A program made the translations under genes and the position numbers. The notes under the pieces were generated by a model. That model saw nothing but the letters and a program-made list of their open reading frames with translations. It had not been told where the DNA came from and ran no database searches. From Acidimicrobiia bacterium (lineage in GTDB: Bacteria > Actinomycetota > Acidimicrobiia > Acidimicrobiales > CATQHL01), in contig JAGWAK010000003.1 of NCBI GenBank assembly GCA_021296435.1, positions 1-39,677 on the forward strand: 39,677 bases of DNA. The letters are read 5' to 3'. Below, piece by piece: positions 1 through 7,443 of the stretch; position 1 is the stretch's first letter; each line of letters begins with the position of its first letter.

Positions 1-207
1 AGGGCCGAGGACCGCGATGTCATCTTCGACCGCTTCTCGCGCGGCAGCCGGCAGACCTCGGGCGGGCGTTTCAGCGGCACGGGGCTGGGGCTGGCGCTCG
101 TGGCCGAACATGTGCGCCTGCACGGCGGCACGGTGCGCGTGACCGAGCGAGCCGACGGTGCGGGCGGCGCCCGCTTCGTTGTCACGCTCCCGGTGAACGA
201 GCTGTGA
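1..207 (+). CDS. Sensor histidine kinase, C-terminal fragment (HATPase_c end, MtrB-like); 5' end lies outside the window
   Basis: Frame 1 is open from the window edge to TGA at 205-207. The translation ...DRFSRGS..GTGLGLALVAEHVRLHGGTVRV..ARFVVTLP is the G2 box/ATP-lid end of a histidine kinase. The stop overlaps the GTG start of the next gene (GTGA). Confidence 0.75.
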   Translation, partial: RAEDRDVIFDRFSRGSRQTSGGRFSGTGLGLALVAEHVRLHGGTVRVTERADGAGGARFVVTLPVNEL

Positions 208-845
208 GTCCCTTGCGCGCGCGACGTCCCGCCCGGCGGTCCCGACCTGCACTGCTGGCAACCCTGGCGATGCTGATCGCAGCCGCGGCCTGCGGCGTTC
301 CGCAGGATCCGGCGCCGCGTGTCCTGGACGCCTCGGACCTCCCGGAGGAGTTGGCCATACCCGCCACGACCACGACCTCCACCGAGGCCCCGGTGCCTCG
401 CCAGAGCGTCTACCTCTACTTCGTGGACGGTGAGGTCCTGAGCCAGCCCGTCGAGCGCGAACTGGCCACGCCCGCAGGCCTGGTGGCCGCCCTGGACGCA
501 CTCATCGAGGGGCCGACCACAGAGGAGGCCTCGGCCGGGCTCACCTCGGTCATTCCCGCCGAGACGGTGGTCCTTGGCAGCGATCTCACCAACGGCGTCC
601 TGCAGGTGAATCTCGCCGAGGGGACGCTGGAGCAGATCGAGGGCGCGCTGCAGAGCCTGGCGATCGCCCAACTGGTCTACACCGCCACCGAGCTCCCGGG
701 AGTGGACTGGCTCTGGGTGCTGATCGAGGGCGAGCCCCGCGCTCTGCCCACCGACGAGGGCGACGTGGAGGCGCCGGTGGGGCGGGTGCACTACGCCTCA
801 CTGGGACCGCCCGGACCTCCGCCCGGACCAGGCGGGGGCGGCTAG
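204..845 (+). CDS. GerMN-domain lipoprotein (short LpqB-like partner of the upstream kinase)
   Basis: The Arg-rich N-terminus is followed by a hydrophobic stretch and a lipobox-like LIAAAAC. The body (VYLYFVDGE...LVAALDALIEGPT...GVLQVNL...IAQLVYTATELPGV) resembles a GerMN fold, and the tail is Pro/Gly-rich. It is translationally coupled to the kinase. Confidence 0.7.
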   Translation: MSPLRARRPARRSRPALLATLAMLIAAAACGVPQDPAPRVLDASDLPEELAIPATTTTSTEAPVPRQSVYLYFVDGEVLSQPVERELATPAGLVAALDALIEGPTTEEASAGLTSVIPAETVVLGSDLTNGVLQVNLAEGTLEQIEGALQSLAIAQLVYTATELPGVDWLWVLIEGEPRALPTDEGDVEAPVGRVHYASLGPPGPPPGPGGGG

Positions 846-1873
846 AAGCGGCAGGCCTCCGCCACCCCCCAGAGCCCATCGGGTATTGGCTTGGTCGCCG
901 CGGTGGCGTCCGCCAGCGGCACCAGCGCGATCCTGCCGGCCTCTACCGCCACCATCTGGCCGAACGCGCCGGCGTGGGCGGCCTCCACTGCCGCCACGCC
1001 GAAGGAGCTGCACAGCACGCGATCGAAGGCCGTCGGGGTGCCCCCGCGCTGGGTGTGGCCCAGCACGGTGATCCGGGTCTCCACGCCGGTGCGCTGCTCG
1101 ATCTCGGACGCCACGATGGCCCCGATCCCACCGAGGCGAAGGTGCCCGTACTCATCGAGGCCGGGCTCGGGCACCTCCAGGGTGCCGGGCACCGGCCGGG
1201 CGCCCTCGGCCACGACGACCACCGTGGACTGGGCGCCGTCGTCGTGCAGGCTGCGCAGGTCCGCAGCGATCGCGGCGATGTCGAAGGGGCGCTCGGGCAC
1301 CAGGATCGCCGCGGCGCCCCCGGCGATGCCGGCCCACAGTGCCACGTGACCGGCGTGGCGGCCCATCACCTCCACCACCATGACTCGATTGTGCGACTCG
1401 GCGGTCGTGTGCAACCGATCGATGGCGTCGGTGGCGGTCTGCACTGCTGTCTCGAAGCCGAACGTCAACTGGGTGCCCCCCACGTCGTTGTCGATGGTCT
1501 TGGGCACGCCCACGAGAGCCACGCCGTGATCGCGGTGCAGCCGGTGCGCCACGCTCAGAGTCCCCTCACCGCCGACGACGATCAGCGCCGCCACGGCGCG
1601 GCGCGCCAGCACCTCGACGACCCTGTCGGGTCCGTCGTCGGTCATGTACGGCTGGATCCGCGACGTGCCGAGGATGGTGCCGCCGCGGGACAGGATCCGG
1701 GCGGCGCGCTCGGGAGTGACCGGAACCGCCTCGTCCTCGACGACTCCCCGCCATCCGTCCCGGAAACCCAGCACCTCGTCTCGGTAGCGCCGGGCGCCGT
1801 GCAGCACCACGGCCCGGATCACGGCGTTCAACCCCGGACAGTCGCCACCACCGGTCAGGATGCCGAGCCGCAC
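842..1873 (-). CDS. pfkA: 6-phosphofructokinase (actinobacterial ATP-PFK type)
   Basis: MRLGILTGGGDCPGLNAVIRAVV, GGEGTL and PKTIDND motifs; 343 aa; GTG start at 1873. Confidence 0.9.
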   Translation of the reverse strand: MRLGILTGGGDCPGLNAVIRAVVLHGARRYRDEVLGFRDGWRGVVEDEAVPVTPERAARILSRGGTILGTSRIQPYMTDDGPDRVVEVLARRAVAALIVVGGEGTLSVAHRLHRDHGVALVGVPKTIDNDVGGTQLTFGFETAVQTATDAIDRLHTTAESHNRVMVVEVMGRHAGHVALWAGIAGGAAAILVPERPFDIAAIAADLRSLHDDGAQSTVVVVAEGARPVPGTLEVPEPGLDEYGHLRLGGIGAIVASEIEQRTGVETRITVLGHTQRGGTPTAFDRVLCSSFGVAAVEAAHAGAFGQMVAVEAGRIALVPLADATAATKPIPDGLWGVAEACRF

Positions 1874-1879
1874 GGAAAC

Positions 1880-3055
1880 TCAGCCGAGCGCGGGCAGGGC
1901 CTTGCGCAGGTTCCGCACCGCCTGGCCGATGCGCTGCTCGTTCTCGATGAGTGCGAAGCGCACGTAGCCCTCACCGCCGGGACCGAATCCGCCGCCGGGC
2001 GAGGTGGCCACGTTCGCCTCGGTGACGAGGAAGGAGGCGAAGCCGACCGAGTCCATGTGGCGATACGCCTCCGGGATCGGCGCCCAGACAAACATCGTTC
2101 CCTTTGGTGGATCCACCTGCCAGCCGATGCGCGCCAGACCCTCGCAAAGGCTGTCGCGGCGACTCTGGTAGGTGTCGCTGACCAGCTTCGGGTAGTCGGC
2201 CGCCTCGTTGAGGGTCACAGTGGCGGCGATCTGGACGGGCTGGAACGTGCCGTAGTCCAGATATGACTTGAGCTTGGCGAGTGCAGCCACCGCCTCGGCG
2301 TTACCCGCCATGAAGGCCACCCGCCAGCCGGCCATCGAGAAGGACTTGGTGAGCGAGTAGAACTCCACGGCCACGTCGGTGGCGCCGTCGGCCTCCAGGA
2401 TCGACGGAGGCCGGTAGCCGTCGAAGGCGATGTCGGCGTAGGCGAAGTCGTGGACCACCAGGACGTCGTGCTGGCGGGCGAAGTCCACGACCCGCTGCAT
2501 GAAGTCCAGATCCACGCAGGTGGTCGTCGGATTATGTGGGAACGAGAGCAGGATGACCCGCGGCTTGGGCCACGAGTACTCCCATCGCTGCCGGAGCACC
2601 TCGTCGAGATCGTCGCCCACCGAGAGGGGGATGTTGCGAATCTCCGCACCGGCGAAGAGGGGCGCGTAGAGGTGGATCGGGTACGAGGGCGCCGGCACCA
2701 GCACGGCGTCGCCCGGCTGCAATACCACCCACATCAGGTGCGAGAGACCCTCCTTGGCGCCGATGGTGTTGATGACCTGCGTCTCGGGGTCGAGCTCGAC
2801 GCCGAACCGGCGGAGATACAGGTCCGCCACGGCGCTCCGGAGCTTGGGAATCCCTCGGCTGAGCGAGTAGCGGTGGTTGCGAGGGTTGCGGGCGGCTTCG
2901 GCCAGCTTCGCCACGGCAATGTCGGGCGACGGGATGTCGGGGTTGCCGAAACCCAGGTCGATGATGTCCTCGCCGCGGCGACGGCCCTCCACCTTGAGGC
3001 GGTCGATCACCGAGAACACGTACGGTGGGAGATTGGTAATCCGGCGGAATTCCAT
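1880..3055 (-). CDS. Class I/II PLP-dependent aminotransferase (AlaA/AspC-like)
   Basis: 391 aa. N-terminal LPPYVFSVI...IDLGFGNPD and the PLP-lysine region [16 protein letters not shown] at 3055. Confidence 0.88.
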   Translation of the reverse strand: MEFRRITNLPPYVFSVIDRLKVEGRRRGEDIIDLGFGNPDIPSPDIAVAKLAEAARNPRNHRYSLSRGIPKLRSAVADLYLRRFGVELDPETQVINTIGAKEGLSHLMWVVLQPGDAVLVPAPSYPIHLYAPLFAGAEIRNIPLSVGDDLDEVLRQRWEYSWPKPRVILLSFPHNPTTTCVDLDFMQRVVDFARQHDVLVVHDFAYADIAFDGYRPPSILEADGATDVAVEFYSLTKSFSMAGWRVAFMAGNAEAVAALAKLKSYLDYGTFQPVQIAATVTLNEAADYPKLVSDTYQSRRDSLCEGLARIGWQVDPPKGTMFVWAPIPEAYRHMDSVGFASFLVTEANVATSPGGGFGPGGEGYVRFALIENEQRIGQAVRNLRKALPALG

Positions 3056-3066
3056 CGGTTCCGAGG

Positions 3067-4056
3067 CTAGCGAACGCGCCCGCTTGCTCCGTGCAGTTCC
3101 GGCCCGCCGAAGGTGTCCCGTGCCAGGTGGGCCGCACCGATGACCCCCGCCCGGTCGCCGTGGCGAGCCTGGCGCACCTCGACGGAAGGTCTCCTGTCCT
3201 GCTCCACGAAGATCTCCGACAGTGCGTCGCGCACCGGCGCCAGGAACACCTCGCCCAGTTCGGACAATCCACCGCCGAGCACGATCACCTCCGGCGACAG
3301 CACCAGGATCAGGTTGTTGAGCCCCAGCGCCACCCAGGAGGAGAACTCGCGCAGCAGCCGGCGCGCCACGGGGTCGCCGGCGGTCGCCAACTCCCCCACG
3401 TGCTCACCCCGGAGCGTTTCGATGCGACCCGCCGCCCGGTCCCTCAGCGCCGGCGCCTTCCCGGCGCCGGCGGCCTCCCGAGCGGCTCTCCCGAGCGCCT
3501 CTCCGGAGGCCAACTGCTCCCAGCAGCCCCGGCGGCCACACAGGCACTCCGGCCCGTCAGGGGCCACGATCATGTGCCCCGCCTCGCCGGCCAGGCCGTG
3601 CGCGCCGCGCCGGATCTTGCCGTCGAGCAGCAGCGCCGCTCCGATCCCCGTCCCGAAGGTGACCAGCAGCCCATCGGCGACACCGGCCGCGGCCCCACCC
3701 TCCATCTCACCTCGCAGAGCCGCTGTGGCGTCGTTCTCCACGACCACTGGACGCTGCAGGCGCTCGGTCAGCATCGAGTGAAGCGGGAAGTCGGCAATGG
3801 CGGGAATGTTCGGCGATGTGACGACCACACCCGACCGGTCCACGAGCCCGGCGCATCCCACCCCGAGTGCGGCGACCGGCTCGGCCAACGCCTCCTCCAT
3901 CCCGCGCACCATCTGGCAGATCGCCTCGACGATGCCGGCCATGCTGTCGGGGCGGTCGCTGCGGCGGGCGCCGAGCCTCTCGGCGGCGCCCGGACCGAGC
4001 GCCTCGGCCCGGATGTTGGTCCCGCCGATGTCGAGGCCCGCCAGGCGACCGGCCAT
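3067..4056 (-). CDS. glk: ROK-family glucokinase
   Basis: [13 protein letters not shown]-binding start and the ROK zinc motif [16 protein letters not shown] prefer ATG at 4056 because a GGGGG Shine-Dalgarno-like run precedes it and it leaves 6 aa before DIGGT. The longest ORF extends to a GTG at 4122. Confidence 0.82.
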   Translation of the reverse strand: MAGRLAGLDIGGTNIRAEALGPGAAERLGARRSDRPDSMAGIVEAICQMVRGMEEALAEPVAALGVGCAGLVDRSGVVVTSPNIPAIADFPLHSMLTERLQRPVVVENDATAALRGEMEGGAAAGVADGLLVTFGTGIGAALLLDGKIRRGAHGLAGEAGHMIVAPDGPECLCGRRGCWEQLASGEALGRAAREAAGAGKAPALRDRAAGRIETLRGEHVGELATAGDPVARRLLREFSSWVALGLNNLILVLSPEVIVLGGGLSELGEVFLAPVRDALSEIFVEQDRRPSVEVRQARHGDRAGVIGAAHLARDTFGGPELHGASGRVR

Positions 4057-4134
4057 CACGACACCCCCACTGGCAGCCGCGGGTTCAACCCGATGCACAA
4101 GGGTGCCCGGGCTGGTCGTCACTTGCCGCGGGTT

Positions 4135-4608
4135 TCACCCGCGGCGCTTCGCCTGCTCCGCGCTGACCGACTCGATGCGGCGCCGCAACTGGTCCAGCGC
4201 CGCCTGCATGATGCGCGACTCCGCCCGGCGCTTGACGAACCCGGGCACGGCCACCGCCAGTTCGGCCGCGAGCGAGTAGGTGATGAGAGTCTTGCCCTCG
4301 TCGTCGGCCGACGGCGCCAACTCGTACTCGCCGTCCAGGTGGCGAACCTGGTCACCCTCCACAAGCCGCCACGCCACCCGCAACGGGTTGGAGCCGTAGA
4401 AGTACTTGAGTGTGTAGGTCACGCTGCGGCCCATCGCCGCCGCCCGGAATGCCACGAGACCCCCCGCGCCGCTGTTGTCCCGCCGCAGGACGCGGGCCTC
4501 CTTGATGTCCGGCGCCCACTGCGGGTACTGCTCGAAGTCCACAACGACGTCGAAGCAGTCCGACGGCGAGGCGTTCACCAGCATCCGCCGGGTCGAGAAC
4601 TCAACCAT
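4135..4608 (-). CDS. SRPBCC (START/polyketide cyclase-dehydrase-like) family protein
   Basis: MVEFSTRRMLVNASPSDCFDVVVDFEQYPQWAP... is a typical SRPBCC N-terminus. ATG at 4608 overlaps the upstream stop by 8 nt. The longest ORF runs to 4662. Confidence 0.72.
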   Translation of the reverse strand: MVEFSTRRMLVNASPSDCFDVVVDFEQYPQWAPDIKEARVLRRDNSGAGGLVAFRAAAMGRSVTYTLKYFYGSNPLRVAWRLVEGDQVRHLDGEYELAPSADDEGKTLITYSLAAELAVAVPGFVKRRAESRIMQAALDQLRRRIESVSAEQAKRRG

Positions 4609-5089
4609 CTCGCCTCCGCTGGCTGTGCGGGGAACGGCTGGGGAACTCGCCGTGGTTGGCACCCCACAGAGCTATTGCGCCCAAGCCGTACACACCCGCA
4701 AGAATACCGAATGCGAGCGGGCCAAAGGGGCGAACCGCCGCGCCGGTGAGTCCGGCGGCGAACTGCAACCCGGCGGCGAGCCGCAATTCGACGCGCACCG
4801 ACCGGGGCGCTCCGGGCATTCCGCCGAAGGCTGCCATCGTCGACACCTGCTCGGCGCGGCTCCGGCGCACGGCGGTGGCGTAGGCCCGCCCGAAGGCGAG
4901 ACTCCCGGCGCCGAACAGCACCAGCGCCACCACCTGGGCGGCCCCGCCGGCTTGATCGGGCCACACCGCACCCAGCACGATCGCGACGCACAGCACCGCT
5001 GTGCCGGCGCGGGAGGCCACGAGCAGCCACTGCCACGGCGGGGCGCCGCCGGAAGCCGGCGCCGGGGAATTCAGCACAGGGCGCGGCAC
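4601..5089 (-). CDS. Small integral membrane protein, unknown function
   Basis: 162 aa with several hydrophobic helices (WLLVASRAGTAVLCVAIVLGAV, VVALVLFGAGSLAF, FGILAGVYGLGAIALW). It sits in frame-consistent tandem with its neighbours. No recognisable motif. Confidence 0.5.
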   Translation of the reverse strand: MPRPVLNSPAPASGGAPPWQWLLVASRAGTAVLCVAIVLGAVWPDQAGGAAQVVALVLFGAGSLAFGRAYATAVRRSRAEQVSTMAAFGGMPGAPRSVRVELRLAAGLQFAAGLTGAAVRPFGPLAFGILAGVYGLGAIALWGANHGEFPSRSPHSQRRRDG

Positions 5090-6213
5090 CGGTCCCCCGC
5101 CAGGCGGTCGTAGCTGAACTGTGCCGCGGCGCGCCGGCGCGCCGCGGCGCCCATGCGGCGCCGACCCACAGGATCGTCGAGCAGGGTCGCCAGGGTGTCG
5201 GCCACGGTGGGATCGGTGACCACCAGCCCGCTGGTGCCGTGCTCGACGGCTTCAGCTGCTCCCCCGCTATCGCCGGCCACCTGCGCCACCCCGGCGGCCG
5301 CCGCCTCCAGGAAGACGATCCCGAATCCCTCCTGCTCGAGGCCGCCCCAGCGCCTGCGACACAGCATGGCGAACAGGTCGGCTGCGCCGTACAGATCGGC
5401 CAACTCCCTCTCGGCGACCCGCCCCACCAAGCGCGCCGGCGCGTCGGCGCGGCGCACGAGCCGCTCCAGTCTCCCGCTGTCCCTTCCCGCTCCGGCGATG
5501 CACAGGCGTAGGTCCGGCCGGCCGGGTGCCAGGCGGGCCACCGCCTCGATCAGCCTGTCCATACCCTTGCGGGGCACCAGCCGGCTGACACAGAGCACGA
5601 GGGTCTCGCCGTCACCCACACCGAGGCGGCGGCGCGCTTCCCGCCGATGTTCGCCGGACAGCGGTACGAAGCGCCCGACGTCGACGCCCGGCGGCACGTA
5701 GTGATCCGCCGCCATGTCGGGACACAGCCGCCGCGCCTCGCCGGCCGCGTAGCGGCTGGCGGAGATCACCACCTGGGCACTCGCGAGGGTTCGCCGGAGG
5801 GCTCCCGCGGCGAGCGGCAGGCGCGCCGGCACCGTCACCTCGGCGCCGTGCAGCACGACCCCGTAGGGCACGCCCAGGCGCGGCCCCAGGACCCCCACGG
5901 GGACGGCCGGATCGAATACGACCAACTCGGCGCCGGTGGAGTCCAGCAGGTCGCGGATCTCCGCCAGCACCAACGGCGTGGGCAGCAGGAAGGAGGCCGC
6001 ACTGCGCACGATGGGGTACGCCTCCCCGGCGTCGAAGGCGGCGGCATCGGGGTGCGGGCGGGTCAGGACACAGAACAGATCGGGGGGCAGCCGCCGCCAG
6101 AGTTCCCAGAGGTAGTTCTGGATCCCACCGACCTTCGGCGGGTAGTCGTTGGTGACCAGCAAGTGGCGGCGAGGGCGAGGCTCACCGCCGGCTGATGCGG
6201 GCGGCGAGCTCAC
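5071..6213 (-). CDS. GT4-family (GT-B) glycosyltransferase, PimB/mannosyltransferase-like
   Basis: LLVTNDYPPKVGGIQNYLWEL N-terminus and the C-terminal EGFGIVFLEAAAAGV...GG..E motif. The start overlaps the queG stop (ATGA). Confidence 0.85.
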   Translation of the reverse strand: MSSPPASAGGEPRPRRHLLVTNDYPPKVGGIQNYLWELWRRLPPDLFCVLTRPHPDAAAFDAGEAYPIVRSAASFLLPTPLVLAEIRDLLDSTGAELVVFDPAVPVGVLGPRLGVPYGVVLHGAEVTVPARLPLAAGALRRTLASAQVVISASRYAAGEARRLCPDMAADHYVPPGVDVGRFVPLSGEHRREARRRLGVGDGETLVLCVSRLVPRKGMDRLIEAVARLAPGRPDLRLCIAGAGRDSGRLERLVRRADAPARLVGRVAERELADLYGAADLFAMLCRRRWGGLEQEGFGIVFLEAAAAGVAQVAGDSGGAAEAVEHGTSGLVVTDPTVADTLATLLDDPVGRRRMGAAARRRAAAQFSYDRLAGDRCRALC

Positions 6214-7304
6214 GAGCCGTCCGCCGTGCCATCCCCGTGGCCGCCTCCCAGGCCGGCGGTGGGTGCGGGCACAGACTCCGGTTCCAGCCCCAGGCGCCTC
6301 GCCGCCCAGGCCGCGTGGCGAGCCAGCATCCGGTCGGGATGCCGCTGGTAGCGTCGCAGCGTCCCGACGACCTCGACATCGCCGCCATCGGCGGTGTTAC
6401 CGAGCACGACGAGGGCGTTGCGCCGAAGATAGCGAGGGTCGCGGGCCGGGATGTACCAGCGCCCGTGACGCTCCATGAGTTCCTCGTCGCCGGCGCTCAG
6501 AAGGTCCAGCACATCCACCGAGGCCTGCTCACCGGGGTCCGCCGCCTGTGCCATGCGCCGGTTGGGCGGGCAAACCTCCTGGCAGTCGTCACAGCCGTAC
6601 AACCGGTCCCCGAGTGCCTCCCGGAACTCCGTCGGGAAGTCGCCGGTGGCCTGCAGCAACCACGCAAGGCAGCGGCGGGCATCGACGACTCCTGGAGCCA
6701 CGATCGCGCCTGTCGGGCAGCCGTCCAGGCAGCGGCGGCAGGGACCACAACCGTCGGGCACCCGCTCGCCGGTGGGCGGCAGTGCCGCATCGGTGACCAC
6801 CGATCCCAGCACGACCCAACTTCCGGAGTTCTCCAGCAGCAGATTGCTGTTCTTGCCGTAGTGGCCCAGACCGGCTCTGCGCGCAGCCTCCCGGTCGACC
6901 AGGGCGTTGTCGTCGGCCACCACGACGGCCCGGTGCCCGTGATCGGTCAACACCCGCACCACGACCCCGAGGGCGGACCGCAGCGCGCCGTAGACGTCAT
7001 CGCTGGCGTAGCGGGCAACCCTCGCCGTCGGACGACCCGGGACGGGCTCCGGGGCCGCGGCACGGGCGTAATTCAGCGCCCCCACCACCAGGGCGGCCGC
7101 CCCCGGAAGGATCCGTGCGGGGTCGGTGGAGCGCTCCGGGTTGCGGTAGGTGAACTGCATGCCGCCGTGGTGACCCTGTGCCTTGCGGCGGTGGAGAATG
7201 CGCCGCGTGCTCTCGAAGACCTCCACCGGCGCCACACCCACGGCGGTCAGTCCGGCTCGCTGCCCCGCTTCCAGAACCTCACGTTGCAGACCCACCGACG
7301 GCAT
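6210..7304 (-). CDS. queG: tRNA epoxyqueuosine(34) reductase
   Basis: GHYGKNSNLL, two 4Fe-4S motifs (CGPCRRCLDGCPTGA and CDDCQEVCPPN) and a HEAT-like C-terminus. I chose ATG at 7304 (MPSVGLQREVLEAG...) because it aligns with QueG N-termini. The 571-aa ORF to 7925 overlaps the upstream gene and is rejected. Confidence 0.83.
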   Translation of the reverse strand: MPSVGLQREVLEAGQRAGLTAVGVAPVEVFESTRRILHRRKAQGHHGGMQFTYRNPERSTDPARILPGAAALVVGALNYARAAAPEPVPGRPTARVARYASDDVYGALRSALGVVVRVLTDHGHRAVVVADDNALVDREAARRAGLGHYGKNSNLLLENSGSWVVLGSVVTDAALPPTGERVPDGCGPCRRCLDGCPTGAIVAPGVVDARRCLAWLLQATGDFPTEFREALGDRLYGCDDCQEVCPPNRRMAQAADPGEQASVDVLDLLSAGDEELMERHGRWYIPARDPRYLRRNALVVLGNTADGGDVEVVGTLRRYQRHPDRMLARHAAWAARRLGLEPESVPAPTAGLGGGHGDGTADGS

Positions 7305-7443
7305 GTCCCCCGCCGGTTCCTCCCCGCTCGGGCGGTGCACGGCGCACGCCGGTGCGAGCCGCACCGCGCCGTCGTACCCCGCGATACCTACCGCTGTCAC
7401 CCCTTGAGCGTAGGCCTCACCGAGACCTCGATGGCCCTTACCG

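Noticed and set aside
974-2266. 430-aa plus-strand ORF
   Set aside because: It lies antisense to pfkA and the aminotransferase. The translation is Gly/Arg/His/Asp-rich with no motifs. This is a typical shadow ORF of a very GC-rich genome.
3091-4749. 552-aa plus-strand ORF
   Set aside because: It lies antisense to the glucokinase and SRPBCC genes. Composition is low-complexity Arg/Pro/Gly-rich and it has no recognisable domain.
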